DNA of 64,000 nucleotides from Candidatus Latescibacterota bacterium (GTDB lineage: Bacteria > Latescibacterota > UBA2968 > UBA8231): the NCBI GenBank assembly GCA_965223905.1, contig CBDCXV010000009.1, positions 384,001 through 448,000 of the forward strand, given 5' to 3'. The notes below the pieces were generated by a model. It was not told the origin of the DNA, searched no databases, and saw nothing but the letters and a program-made list of their open reading frames with translations. This document shows, piece after piece, positions 25,373 through 36,114 of the stretch (position 1 is its first letter; each line of letters starts with the position of its first letter). The translations under genes and the position numbers were made by a program.

Positions 25373-25374
25373 GC

Positions 25375-25992
25375 GTGATGGATATTGAGCACAATGCTGG
25401 GAACGTGTTCATCAATTGTCCGTTTGACAATGATTATTTGATACTCAGGAATGCTCTTCTATTTGCCATATTTGACTGCGGCTTCATCCCGCGATGTACT
25501 CTGGAGGAAGATGACAGCGGTAACGTGCGTTTTAACAAAATCCAGAAAATTATATCGGAGTGTCGGTTTGGCGTCCACGATATATCACGCACCGAACTAG
25601 ACCAAGAGACACAAACTCCACGTTTCAATATGCCCTTCGAATTGGGGGTATTCCTAGGCGCAAAGCTCTTTGGGAACAGGCAACAGAAAGGAAAGGTTTG
25701 TCTGGTTCTGGATCGCGAGGAATACCGATACCAAACCTTTATATCAGACATTGCCGGGCATGATATTCGTTCCCATGAAAACAAGCCTGAAATCGTCATA
25801 AGACATATACGAAACTGGTTAAACAACGCTTCGGGTAGAAAGACCATCCCGGGGGGGCAGGAGATTATTCGCAGGTGGAAGCGATTCGAGGCAGATTTGC
25901 CAGCTATGTGTAAGCAATCTGCCATTGAGGTTGATGAATTGACCTACAACGATCAGACTAACTTCATTTCCGAATGGCTGAGTGTAGAATAG
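25375..25992 (+). CDS. TIR-like / nucleoside-deoxyribosyltransferase-like protein (low GC)
   Basis: NVFINCPFD...HDISR...RFNMPFELG. Confidence 0.7.
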   Translation: MMDIEHNAGNVFINCPFDNDYLILRNALLFAIFDCGFIPRCTLEEDDSGNVRFNKIQKIISECRFGVHDISRTELDQETQTPRFNMPFELGVFLGAKLFGNRQQKGKVCLVLDREEYRYQTFISDIAGHDIRSHENKPEIVIRHIRNWLNNASGRKTIPGGQEIIRRWKRFEADLPAMCKQSAIEVDELTYNDQTNFISEWLSVE

Positions 25993-26118
25993 TCATCCAT
26001 ATCACGTCTTTCGCTCGCGACACCAAGATGTTCATCCAAGGTGAAAAGGGTTCCGTCCCTTCCATCCTTCAGATAGCTACGGCCTTTTCCGGTCCTCCGT
26101 CTACCAAGTCCTTGTAGC

Positions 26119-26970
26119 TCAGCCGGCGTGTCCCTTCGCGGCTTGGAGGAACGCATCGGAAACCGCGTAACGGCGCAGGCGATCGGCAAGTACGAGCGCG
26201 ACGAATCCATGCCGAGCTCAGGAATCCTCATTGCGCTGGCCGATGCCCTTTCGGTCCCGGTGGACTACTTGGTCGGTAACTAGGAAATGGCTCTGGAAGC
26301 CGTCGAGTTCCGTAGAAAAAAGATCACGAGCAAGCGTGAAGAGGCGCAGGTCGAGGCAAAGGTCCTGCACTTGCTGGAGCGCTACCTCATGGTCGAGGAG
26401 TTTCTCGGACTGACCAGCGTCAACTGGGACAAGCCCCGGGGAGCCCCCTAGGCGCACGAGCTTGGACATCTGGTCCTGGAAGTAACCGCAAAAGTAGATG
26501 CCGAAAGGGCCGCCTTCCGTTTCGCCAGAGCATTCCTGATACCCGCCGAGGCCTTGTGGGCCTCCATGGGCAAGCACCGCACGTCCATCGGCTGGGGCGA
26601 ACTCTTCGACCTCAAACGGCTGTTCGGGGTGAGCGTCCAGGCACTCACCTATCGGTGCAAGGATCTTGGAATTTTCAGAGAAACCCTGTACCGGCGGCTG
26701 TTCAAGGACATCTCGCAATTGGGCTGGCGCACTCCGCCCTACCAGGAGCCCTTCGCCATGGAGCAGGAGATTCCCCGACGTTTCGAGCGCCTGTGCTTCC
26801 GTGCTCTGGCCGAGGGAGCAGTCTCCGAGGCCAAGGCTGCGGAGCTGCTGGAAATCTCGGCTCACGAACTGAACCAGCGCATGGAAGAGCCCCCGGACCT
26901 GGAAGAGTCGCCAGACCTGGAGTATGCGGGCAATGAAGGTGCTGGTTTCGGACACCTCCGTCCTGATTGA
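26119..26970 (+). pseudogene. XRE HTH + ImmA/IrrE metallopeptidase remnant
   Basis: SLRGLEERIGNRVTAQAIGKYERDESMPSS and AHELGH in one frame, with in-frame TAGs at 26281 and 26449 and an internal deletion. Confidence 0.85.
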
Positions 26971-26979
26971 CCGGAGCAA

Positions 26980-27910
26980 GGAGAGGACAACATCCACCGC
27001 AAGAAGCTCATCGAAGTCGCCCTGCCCCTCGACGCCTTCAACGCCGCGTCGGCGCGGGAGAAGTCGATCCGGCCCCGAGCACCCTGCATCTGTGGTGGCC
27101 GCGGCGCGGTCGGTGATCTTCGCGCAGATGGTGGACGATCCCTCGGACTGCCCCGAGGAGTTCCCCACCGAGGCGGCCCAGAAGCAGGAGCGCGGGCGGC
27201 TGTTCCGCCTCATCGAGGAGCTGGTCCGCTGGGAGAACACGACCAACCAGGAGCTGCTGGAACAGGCGCGGGCGGAGATCCGCAGGAGCTGGCGCCGCAC
27301 CTGCGCGGACAATGCCGGGCATCCGCGCTCCGCCAAGCTGTTTGACCCGGACAGGCTGCCGGCCTTCCACGATCCCTTCGCGGGCGGAGGCGCCCTGCCG
27401 CTGGAAGCGTAGCGCCTGGGGCTGGAGGCCCATGCCAGCGATCTCAACCTGGGGGCGGTGCTCATCAACAAGGTGATGATCGAGATCCCGCCGAAGTTCG
27501 CCGGCAGGCCGCCGGTCAACCCGGAAGCCCGGCCCGGCGGGTCGTCGGCCAAGGCGTCGCTGATCGAGCGCGGCTGGACCGGCGCGCAGGGGCTCGCCGA
27601 GGGCGTGCGCTACTACGGGCAGTGGATGCGCGACGAGGCGGAGCGGCGCATCGGGCATCTGTATCCGCCGGTGGAGGTCACCGCGGAGATGGTGCGGGAG
27701 CGGCCCGACCTCAAGCAGTACCAGGGCCGCAAGCTGACGGTGATCGCCTGGCTGTGGGCGCGCACGGTGAAGAGCCCGAACCCGGCCTTCGCCGACATGG
27801 AGGTGCCGCTGGCCTCGACCTTCATGCTGTCGACGAAGCGGGGCAAGGAGGCGTATGTCGAGCCGGTGATCGAGGGGCGCGGGTACCGGTTCGCGGTGAA
27901 GGTGCCATGA
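26980..27910 (+). pseudogene. DUF1156 adenine-specific DNA methylase, fragmented and truncated
   Basis: [12 protein letters not shown]...[39 protein letters not shown]; frameshifts and a stop. Confidence 0.88.
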
Positions 27911-28539
27911 GCGCGACCGGCAACCCCGTTCTCACCATCGGCCATTCCAACCACGCCCAGGAATTCCTCATCGGGCTCCTTCGCCGGCACCATGTCACTG
28001 CCTTGGCGGATGTCCGCTCGGCGCCCTACAGCCGCTTCAATCCCCAATTCAACCGCGACGCTCTGGCTGCCGGTCTCAAGAAACATGGGATCGAGTATGT
28101 GTATCTCGGTCATGGGTTGGGCGGCCGCTCCGATGACCCTTCCTGCTACGAGAACGGGCGCGTCCGCTACGACCGTGTCGCCAGCACGGAGTCGTTCCGG
28201 CAGGGCCTCGGTCGCGTAGTTCACGGCGCAGCCGATAACCGCATCGTGCTCCTGTGTGCGGAGCGGGAACCGCTCGAATGTCACCGGACCCTCCTCGTCG
28301 CCAGGGCACTTGACGAGCGGGGTATCGAGGTCGCTCATATCCACGCCGATGGCGGACTGGAGTCTCATGGCGAGGCGATGGATCGTCTGCTCGACCGCTT
28401 CAACCTGCGTTCCGGCGACGATCTCTTCCGTGCGACTCAACCGCGGGAAAAGCTGGTTGCCGAGGCCGTTGAGCTTCAGGCAAAGCAGGTTGCCTTCGTG
28501 GACAAGAACCTGGCCTCAACTTTCGAGAAGTCTCCATGA
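27907..28539 (+). CDS. DUF488 family protein
   Basis: TIGHSNH...[11 protein letters not shown]...[12 protein letters not shown]. Confidence 0.9.
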   Translation: MSATGNPVLTIGHSNHAQEFLIGLLRRHHVTALADVRSAPYSRFNPQFNRDALAAGLKKHGIEYVYLGHGLGGRSDDPSCYENGRVRYDRVASTESFRQGLGRVVHGAADNRIVLLCAEREPLECHRTLLVARALDERGIEVAHIHADGGLESHGEAMDRLLDRFNLRSGDDLFRATQPREKLVAEAVELQAKQVAFVDKNLASTFEKSP

Positions 28540-28973
28540 ACCTCTCTACCATCGGCTTCACCAGGAAACCGGCCCGCCGTTTCTTCGAGCTGCTGCGCCA
28601 GTCGGGCGCCAGGCGCGTCGTCGACGTGCGGCTCAACAACGGGTCGCAGCTCGCCGGTTTCACCAAGAAGGATGACCTCCCCTACTTTCTCGATAAGCTT
28701 TGCGGCATGGAGTACGTTCACCTTCCCGCGCTGGCCCCCACTAAGGAAATCCTCGACGACTACAAGAAGCGGAACGGCGATTGGGCGACTTACGAAGACC
28801 GCTTCCTCGCCCTCATGCGCGAGCGGCGGATCGAGGAGACGATCCCCAGGGAGATCGTCGCGGACGGTTGCCTCCTGTGCAGCGAGGACAAGCCCCACTA
28901 CTGCCACCGGCGGCTCGTTGCCGAGTACCTGAACCAGCATTGGGGCGGCATTGAGATCTCCCATCTCGGATAG
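28536..28973 (+). CDS. DUF488 family protein
   Basis: TIGFT...DVRLNN..QLAGF...LLCSEDKPHYCHRRLVAEYL. Confidence 0.9.
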   Translation: MNLSTIGFTRKPARRFFELLRQSGARRVVDVRLNNGSQLAGFTKKDDLPYFLDKLCGMEYVHLPALAPTKEILDDYKKRNGDWATYEDRFLALMRERRIEETIPREIVADGCLLCSEDKPHYCHRRLVAEYLNQHWGGIEISHLG

Positions 28974-28982
28974 AAGCCTGGC

Positions 28983-29309
28983 ATGAATAAACCGGCCGTT
29001 GAAACTTTCATACCGACCATGGTGGACCGCATCGTGGAGGGCTTCCAGCCTGCACGGATCGTCCTCTTCGGCTCTCATGCACGGGGCACGGCTACCGAAT
29101 GGAGTGATGTGGACCTGCTCGTGATTCTGCCCAACGTGTCCGACAAGCGGGACACGGCAATCGAGATCCGCCGGACCTTGGGGGATCTGCCGGTCTGCAA
29201 GGACATAGTGGTAGCGACTCCGGAGGAAGTCACCCGCCGGGGCCACCTTGCCGGCACCGTGTTGCGTTCGGCACTTGGTGAAGGACGGGTCGTTTACGAA
29301 CGACCCTGA
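28983..29309 (+). CDS. Minimal nucleotidyltransferase (MNT antitoxin)
   Basis: VLFGSHARG...SDVDLLV; followed by an overlapping HEPN-like stub NDPETVDEARRWLRF. Confidence 0.88.
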   Translation: MNKPAVETFIPTMVDRIVEGFQPARIVLFGSHARGTATEWSDVDLLVILPNVSDKRDTAIEIRRTLGDLPVCKDIVVATPEEVTRRGHLAGTVLRSALGEGRVVYERP

Positions 29310-29415
29310 AACCGTAGACGAAGCTCGCCGCTGGCTTCGTTTCACAAGTGGATGGGCCACTCAGCTCAACATTCGCAGACTGGCTTCGGCAATTATTCAA
29401 GTGATGGAATGACCT

Positions 29416-30591
29416 ATGCAAATAACGCAGATCGAAATCAAGAATTACCGCTCCTTCCACCACGCCGTGTTCGGAAATCTCCCCCAGATGACCGCGGTCG
29501 TGGGGGCCAACGGCTCGGGAAAGTCCACGCTGTTCGACGTATTCTCCTTCCTCAAGGACGCACTGTCTCAGAACGTCGCCACGGCCGTGGCAAGACGTGG
29601 TGGATTCCGCGAACTCGTCAGCCGGGGGAAGACAGGGCCAATAGAAATCACGATCAAATTCCGCGAGAGGGAAGGGCCGCTAGCCACCTATCTCTTGCAG
29701 GTTGCCGAGGACCAAGGACGCGTAGTGGTGGACCGCGAGATTCTGCGATACCGGAGGGGCAGCCATGGCAAGCCCTGGCACTTTGTGGATTTCTCGAAGG
29801 GCAAGGGAAATGCAATTACGAATGAGTCGGTTTATGGTGAGGAAGGAGCCGTCGAGGCGCGTGAGGAATACGAGCTTGACGACCCGAGCATTCTGGCGAT
29901 CAAGGGCCTGGGTCAGTTCCGCGAATTCCGGTCCGTTTCGGAGTTTCGCGGGCTCATTGAGAACTGGCATGTCTCGGATTTCCACATTGCCGACGCCCGG
30001 CCCAGCAGCGAGGCCGGGTATGCGGAGCATCTGTCCAGCCGTGGCGATAATGTCGCCCAGGTAGCCCACTATCTCTACGAGAACCACCGCGACCGCTTCG
30101 ACGAGGTGCTGGAGGTTATGAGCCGCCGCGTTCCCGGGGTAAGCGGAGTTGAAGCTCGACCGACAGAGGACGGGCGGCTTGTCTTGCGTTTTCAAGACGG
30201 CAGCTTCAAGGACCCGTTCATTGCCCGTTACGTTTCCGACGGCACGATAAAAATGTTCGCCTATCTCGTGTTGCTGTATGACCCGAAGCCCCATCCCCTG
30301 CTTGCGGTCGAAGAACCCGAAAACCAGCTATACCCCCAATTGCTGACAGAGTTGGCCGAGGAGTTCCGGGACTACGCCCGAAGCGGCGGCCAGGTGTTCG
30401 TTTCGACACACTCCCCCGACTTCCTTAACGGGTTGAAACTGGATGAAATCTTTTGGCTGCTGAAGAAAGACGGCTTCACGACCGTGCACCGGGCGTCCGG
30501 CAGCGATCTGCTTAGAAGGCTTGTCGCAGAGGGAGACTTGCCGGGAGCCCTCTGGAAGCAGGGGCTTTTCGAGGGAGTTGGCCTCGGGTGA
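29416..30591 (+). CDS. ABC/AAA_21 ATPase
   Basis: VGANGSGKST, VSDGT, AVEEPENQLYP, STHSP. Confidence 0.92.
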   Translation: MQITQIEIKNYRSFHHAVFGNLPQMTAVVGANGSGKSTLFDVFSFLKDALSQNVATAVARRGGFRELVSRGKTGPIEITIKFREREGPLATYLLQVAEDQGRVVVDREILRYRRGSHGKPWHFVDFSKGKGNAITNESVYGEEGAVEAREEYELDDPSILAIKGLGQFREFRSVSEFRGLIENWHVSDFHIADARPSSEAGYAEHLSSRGDNVAQVAHYLYENHRDRFDEVLEVMSRRVPGVSGVEARPTEDGRLVLRFQDGSFKDPFIARYVSDGTIKMFAYLVLLYDPKPHPLLAVEEPENQLYPQLLTELAEEFRDYARSGGQVFVSTHSPDFLNGLKLDEIFWLLKKDGFTTVHRASGSDLLRRLVAEGDLPGALWKQGLFEGVGLG

Positions 30592-31160
30592 ATCGAATCG
30601 TGTTCCTGTTGGAAGAAGACTCGATGAAGACCCTGCTGGACGGGCTGCTGCCGAGGCTGTTTCCGGAACTCCAATTCCTGTGCGTGCCACACGAGGGCAA
30701 ACAGGACTTGGAGAAAAGCATCCCGCGCAAGTTGAAGGCTTGGCGTGAGCCGGGCGTGCGTTTCGTTGTGTTGCGGGATCTTGACAGTGCGGATTGCATG
30801 GAAGTGAAGGAAAACCTTGTCCAGCTGTGCCGGAGATCCAGGCGGCGTGACGTTCTTGTCCGCTTGGTTTGTCAGGAGCTGGAGTCATGGTACGTCGGAG
30901 ACCCGGATGCCCTTGTGCTGGCGTACCCCCAATCCCGGCAGAGGACGATACGCGAACTGGGCAGGCGCCGATTCCGAAATCCGGATTCGGTCGTCCGGCC
31001 TTCCGATGCCATTCCCATGCTGATCCCCGAATTCCAGAAACGGTCCGGTGCCAGACGTATGGCGGAGTTCTTATCGAGAAACAACCGCTCTCGCAGCTTT
31101 CAGGTCTTCGCCGAAGGAATCGAAGGTTTGTGGGCCTCCATGCAAACCGCGAAAGGATAG
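30588..31160 (+). CDS. DUF4276 family (TOPRIM-like) protein
   Basis: VFLLEEDS...HEGKQDL...LRDLD...ELESWY...NRSRSF. Confidence 0.85.
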   Translation: MNRIVFLLEEDSMKTLLDGLLPRLFPELQFLCVPHEGKQDLEKSIPRKLKAWREPGVRFVVLRDLDSADCMEVKENLVQLCRRSRRRDVLVRLVCQELESWYVGDPDALVLAYPQSRQRTIRELGRRRFRNPDSVVRPSDAIPMLIPEFQKRSGARRMAEFLSRNNRSRSFQVFAEGIEGLWASMQTAKG

Positions 31161-31166
31161 GCAACG

Positions 31167-31530
31167 ATGGCAATCACGAACCACGAGCGCGTCGGCACGG
31201 CGATGGAGTTGCTCCGCCAGGGACTTGCCCCGTTCGTCGAACGCGAGCTGAACGACAAGGTCAAGAGGAACGCCGTCGACATGGACGTTCTTCGCCGCTT
31301 CGAGATCGACAAGCCGTACCGCGAGTGGGACGCGGCTGCCCTCCTCCGGCTGATGGGGGGATAACTGGAGGGACGTCTTCAGCGACACCCTCGGCTACAC
31401 AGAGCGCAGCCTGGTTTCCGAGCTGCGTGAATGGCGCAACAAGTGGGCGCACCAGGAGCGCTTCTCCAGCGACGATGCCGACCGCGCCCTTGACTCCGCG
31501 GAGCGTCTTCTCACCGCCGTTTCCCGCCTG
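31167..31530 (+). pseudogene. N-terminal Swt1-HEPN fragment of a DUF499 ATPase
   Basis: MAITNHERVGTAMELLRQGLAPFVERE, then after a frameshift WRDVFSDTLG...RNKWAHQERFSSDDADRALDS; truncated. Confidence 0.82.
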
Positions 31531-31739
31531 ACCCTCAGCCCACTTGTGGCCATAGTCCTGGCCCTTGCGGCCGGTTGGCGGGTTCCGCGGACCGCCGTCC
31601 AGCCTGGTTCGACACCGGCCCCCCTGCCCCGGTTGCCGCTGTTCCCCTCGGGTTTTTCTGCCTGTCGGCGGGCTGCGGATGCGGGCCCTCCGCGCCGAGA
31701 TTCGACCGCACGGGCCCATTTCCTGCCGTTGCCCTTTGT

Positions 31740-31893
31740 GTCGCAAATTGAGACAGGCGTCGCATATCGCGACACATGGCCCTCACTGCCGTGCCCTGGG
31801 TTTTATAACCCGTTTATAAACAGTTGTTTGAACAGGTGAACCCCCTTCAGGAAACCCCTGGGGCAGGCGCAGGAATGTTTCAAAATGCGACAC
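31740..31893. promoter_or_regulatory. Three palindromic enhancer-like sites GTCGCA-N3-TGCGAC
   Basis: gtcgcaaattgagac, gtcgcatatcgcgac, gtttcaaaatgcgac, 80-230 bp upstream of a sigma54 promoter. Confidence 0.6.
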
Positions 31894-31972
31894 TCGACCC
31901 CTTTTTCCCCCGGCTTCTCTCCAATGCTTCAACTCGTTTATCTGCAAGTAGTTAGCTCCATTTCTTCGCAGA

Positions 31973-31988
31973 TGGCACAGTCTTTGCA
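31973..31988 (+). promoter_or_regulatory. Sigma54 (-24/-12) promoter
   Basis: TGGCAC-AGTCT-TTGCA, exact consensus spacing. Confidence 0.8.
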
Positions 31989-32060
31989 CGCTCATACAGG
32001 ATCCAAACGCGCAGGCCCCCCGGTGCGTTCCTGCCGGGGCTTCGGCAATCCCGGTCCTGC

Positions 32061-33371
32061 ATGCGGCCGACCTTGCGACTGGAGAACCCCATCGATACGC
32101 CCCGCACCCTGGCGGCCCGGCGCTCCCCGGCCTTTTTCCCGGGTGCCGGCGGTTTCGGATGGCTGCTGGCGGTGCTCGGCTGCCTCACGGGACCGGGGTC
32201 AGGCGCCGGGGCCGCCGCTGGCGCCGAGCCGCTGCTGGAGGGTCGGGTGCTTCTGTCTTCGGGCGCCCCGGCGGCCGGGGCGCGGGTGCGGCTGTTCGCC
32301 GAGCTGGGGCGTTCGCTGGGCGCCACCGCGGATGAGAGCGGCTACTTCGCCTTTCCCCTGAAGGCACTGCGCAAGGCCGCGCCCCTTCCGGCGCGCCTGC
32401 GCCTGGGTCAGAACTACCCCAACCCGTTCAATCCCTCGACGATCATCCCGTATCAGCTGCCGGCCCCGGCGCGGGTGCGCCTGGAGGTGTTCAACATCCT
32501 GGGGCAGCGGGTGGCGACCCTGGTGGACGGGGAGCGGCCGGCCGGTTTTCACACGGCGATCTGGGACGCGACCGACGCTTCGGGGCGGGGGGTGGGCTCG
32601 GGGGTGTATCTGTACCGGCTTCTTGGGGGCGGGGAGCGTCTGACGCGGTCGATGGTGCTGCTGGACGGCCCGGTGGTTGCGGCGGGTGGAGGGGGTTCGG
32701 GCGGGGCGTGGGCTTCGGCCCGCGGCGAGGGGCCGTTCTACGGGCTGACGGTCTGGGGACCGGGGCTGGTCCCCTATGTCGACCCGGCCTTCCGGGTGGG
32801 GGCCGGTCCGGTCGAGATCCAGGTTCAGCCGCTGTCATCCCTTCCTCGCGGCAAGGTGGCCGCCGGGGGCCTGCTGGGGGACGTCAACCGGGACGGCCGG
32901 GTCGATCTCGCCGACGCCCTGCTCATCGCCTCCTACAGCGAGGATCCGACCCTGTCCCTTGCCAACGGCGACCTCACCCTGGGAGACGTCAACGGGGACG
33001 GGCAGGTCGACCTGGCCGACGCCCGGCTCATCGAGGCCTACCACGCCGATCCGTCCGACCCGTCGCTTCCGGAAGGGATCGGCGCTCCAGTGGGGACCGG
33101 TACCCAGGCGCTGATGCTCTACTGGACGGACGCGGACGGCGACCGCATTCAGCGCTCCCGCCTGGACGGCTCCGGGGTGGAGGACGTGGTCGACAGCGGC
33201 CTGATCAACCCGCGCGGCCTGGCCGTGGATCAGGCGGCCGGCAAGCTCTACTGGACCGACTACGGCAGCGACCGCATCCAGCGGTCCAACCTCGACGGCT
33301 CCGAAGTGGAGGACCTGTCCACTGTTTTGGTATTTCATACCATTTCCTACCCAACCGTAAAGTTTCTGTAA
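32061..33371 (+). pseudogene. FlgD-Ig + dockerin + YWTD (LDL-receptor class B) surface protein, truncated at the element junction
   Basis: QNYPNPFNPST, GDVNRDGRVDLAD x2, LYWTD x2; composition switches to AT-rich at ~33320. Confidence 0.85.
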
Positions 33372-33431
33372 TCGACTGTATTTAAATCGTTTACGGCTTA
33401 TACGTAGTTTCCTGACGTTTCATAAGATCCC

Positions 33432-33460
33432 TTGACATGGCGGTAATTTTGTGATAACGT
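33432..33460 (+). promoter_or_regulatory. Integrase promoter
   Basis: TTGACA-17-TAACGT with extended TG. Confidence 0.6.
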
Positions 33461-33502
33461 GGGACATAACTCACGGACGCCAACAAGGAAGAACATCGAC
33501 CC

Positions 33503-34672
33503 ATGCAACGTCCCAAAATGCTCTCGGCAACCTTCGTGCGAAACGTGAACCGGTCCGGCCGCTACGGCGACGGGCGCGGCGGCTTCGGGCTCTCGCTGCT
33601 GGTCAAGCCTAGGGAGGACAACGGGCGGCTGTCCAAGACGTGGAGCCAGCGGCTGCGAATCGACGGGGAGCTGACCAACGTCGGGCTCGGGCCGTATCCG
33701 CTAGTGACGCTCAAGGAGGCGCGGGACAAGGCGCTGACCAATCGCCGCGCCGTCGAGCAGGGCTCAGACCCCCGAGCCCAACGCGCCGCCTCCCGCGTTC
33801 CCACCTTCGCCGCCGCCGCCGAGGCCGTCATCCGGATTCACGCCGAGACCTGGAAGAACGGGGGCCGGTCGGAGGACAACTGGCGCAAGAGTCTCGGCGA
33901 GTACGCCATGCCGAAGCTCGGGCGCAAGCCGGTGGACAAGATCACCACGTCGGACGTGCTGGCCGTCATCACGCCGATCTGGTCGTCGCGGCGGGAGACG
34001 GCCAAGCGGGTGCGCCAGCGCATCTCGGCGGTGATGAAGTGGGCGGTTGCCGAGGGCCACCGCGAGGACAACCCGGCCGGCGACGCCATCCAGGCGGCCT
34101 TGCCGAAGAACGAGACGGTGAAGGTCCACTACAAAGCCTTGCCGCACGGCGAGGTAGGCGCGGCGCTGCGCACGATGCGGGGCGTCGACACCTGGCCGCT
34201 GAAGAAGCTGGCTCTCGAGTTCCTGGTGCTCACGGCGACGCGCTCTAATGAAGTCCGGGGGGCGCGCTGGGACGAAATCGACGGGGAGGCGTGGACGATC
34301 CCGGCCGAGCGCATAAAAAAGGGCCGGGAGCACCGGGTGCCGCTGGCTCGGCGAGCCCTGGCGGTGCTGGAGGAGGCGCGCACCTACGACGACGGCTCGG
34401 GGCTGGTGTTCCCCAGCTCGCGCGGCGGCAAGCAGTCGGACGGGTCGCTGTCGCAGTTCGTCAAGCAGCTGGGCATTGCCGCGGTGCCGCACGGGTTCCG
34501 GAGCAGCTTCCGCGATTGGGCCGCCGAGTGCTCGGCCGCGCCCCGGGAGGTCTGCGAGCTGGCCCTGGCCCACGTCAACGACGACCGGACCGAAGCGGCC
34601 TACCGGAGAAGCGACCTGTTCGATCTGCGCCGCAAGTTGATGGAGGATTGGGAGGCGTATCTGGACGTGTGA
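33503..34672 (+). CDS. int: P4-type tyrosine integrase
   Basis: Arm-binding N-terminus (GLGPYPLVTLKEAR), LTATRSNEV, HGFRSSFRDW, LAH, AAYRR. Confidence 0.95.
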   Translation: MQRPKMLSATFVRNVNRSGRYGDGRGGFGLSLLVKPREDNGRLSKTWSQRLRIDGELTNVGLGPYPLVTLKEARDKALTNRRAVEQGSDPRAQRAASRVPTFAAAAEAVIRIHAETWKNGGRSEDNWRKSLGEYAMPKLGRKPVDKITTSDVLAVITPIWSSRRETAKRVRQRISAVMKWAVAEGHREDNPAGDAIQAALPKNETVKVHYKALPHGEVGAALRTMRGVDTWPLKKLALEFLVLTATRSNEVRGARWDEIDGEAWTIPAERIKKGREHRVPLARRALAVLEEARTYDDGSGLVFPSSRGGKQSDGSLSQFVKQLGIAAVPHGFRSSFRDWAAECSAAPREVCELALAHVNDDRTEAAYRRSDLFDLRRKLMEDWEAYLDV

Positions 34673-34970
34673 TCCTTCATGCGTTTCCGGGGGAAACATC
34701 GGTTTTCCCCCTTTTTTAGCCGCGCTGGCGCTTGGCTGAAAAATTTATTTCCGGGGTGCACCGGTGGTGCATGGGTGAACCCCAAATTGCGGCAAAATGC
34801 AACACCTTCCTCTCCTGAACCTCTAAGAAAACAGTTGTACATGAACACTATCATGCACACCTTCAAATTCGGGATTTTTCTCTTGCCCAATCGCCAAACG
34901 ACCGCTCCTTTTCACTCGGTAGCACAAGCCGTAAAGGCGTTTCAGAAAAGTGGAGGAAAGGAGCATTGTT

Positions 34971-35192
34971 ATGGACATCCTTCGTCTTCCGGTTGTGGTC
35001 AAAAAAACCGGTCTCAGCCGCACGACGATCTGGCGCATGATGAAGCGGGGCGAGTTCCCCCAGCCGGTCGATCTCGGATCTCGCGCCAGAGGCTGGGTGA
35101 GTTCGGAAATCACGGAGTGGATCGAAAACCGAATCGCGGCCCGCGACCGGAAAAAAGGGACCAATGGACAACCCGCCCGTCGTCCTGAGTGA
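34971..35192 (+). CDS. alpA: AlpA-family regulator/excisionase
   Basis: ILRLPVVVKKTGLSRTTIWRMMKRGEFPQPVDLGSRARGW. Confidence 0.92.
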   Translation: MDILRLPVVVKKTGLSRTTIWRMMKRGEFPQPVDLGSRARGWVSSEITEWIENRIAARDRKKGTNGQPARRPE

Positions 35193-36114
35193 ACTGCCGC
35201 GGTCGCTGACCGTTTCGGACACGGTGCGTGGGCTCATGGACGCCAGCGTCTCTGAGAACACGCGCCGTGCCTACCGATCCGCCCTGAACAAATTCGGCGA
35301 CTGGCTCTCCGGGGCTCCGGTCACCGACGAGGCCATCGCCGACTACCTTGCGGGTCTGCACGAGGCCGGCAAATCGCCGCAGACCTGCGCCCAAGTCGTT
35401 GCCGCGCTCAAGTTCGCGGCCAAGCTGCACGGGATGACCCCGCCCATCGGCCCGGTGACCAACCGGGTCCTTACCGGGATCCGGCGCTCAGGCCGGGGCC
35501 GAGGGCGCGGGCAAGTCCAGGGCGTGAGCTTCTCGCAATCCGACGCGGCGGCATCCTTCGCCGTGACCGGCGGCTCCCTGGCCGATTCGCGCGATGCGGC
35601 GATCCTCGCCGTCGCCTCCGACGGCATGCTCAGGGCCAGCGAGGTGGCCGCGCTTCAGGTCGACGACATCACCTGCCAACCCGATGGCAGTGGCACCGTG
35701 ACCATCCGGTCGAGCAAGACCGACCAGGAAGGACGCGGAGCCGAGCTGTACCTGGGGGCGATCACCGTGGGCAGGATCAAGGCATGGCTGGAGAAAGCCG
35801 GCATCCGGGAGGGGCCGTTGTTCCGCCGCGTCTTTTTGAAGGGCAGCCGCGTCGGCGACCGGAAAATGAACGTGTCCAGCGTCCGGGAGATCATCAAGAA
35901 ACGATGCGCCGCCATCGGCATCGTGGGGCAGGTCTCGGGCCACTCGCTGCGCGTGGGCGGGGCGCAGTCCCTGGCCGCCGGCGGGGCTTCCTTGCCGGAA
36001 ATGCAGACCGCCGGGCGTTGGGAATCGCCGCAGATGCCCGGCCACTACGCTCGGGGTCAGCTGGCGGCCAAGGGAGCCGTGGCGCGGATCAAGTATTCAC
36101 AGGGCGGACCATGA
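35164..36114 (+). CDS. Cre-like tyrosine recombinase
   Basis: SENTRRAY, LRASEV, SKTDQEG, GHSLRVG, GRWESPQMPGHY. Confidence 0.9.
   Translation: MDNPPVVLSELPRSLTVSDTVRGLMDASVSENTRRAYRSALNKFGDWLSGAPVTDEAIADYLAGLHEAGKSPQTCAQVVAALKFAAKLHGMTPPIGPVTNRVLTGIRRSGRGRGRGQVQGVSFSQSDAAASFAVTGGSLADSRDAAILAVASDGMLRASEVAALQVDDITCQPDGSGTVTIRSSKTDQEGRGAELYLGAITVGRIKAWLEKAGIREGPLFRRVFLKGSRVGDRKMNVSSVREIIKKRCAAIGIVGQVSGHSLRVGGAQSLAAGGASLPEMQTAGRWESPQMPGHYARGQLAAKGAVARIKYSQGGP

Noticed and set aside
26281-27412. Several in-frame TAG stops as amber recoding (pyrrolysine or code 15)
   Set aside because: They co-occur with deletions and frameshifts in the same genes, and TAG terminates intact genes elsewhere in the window.
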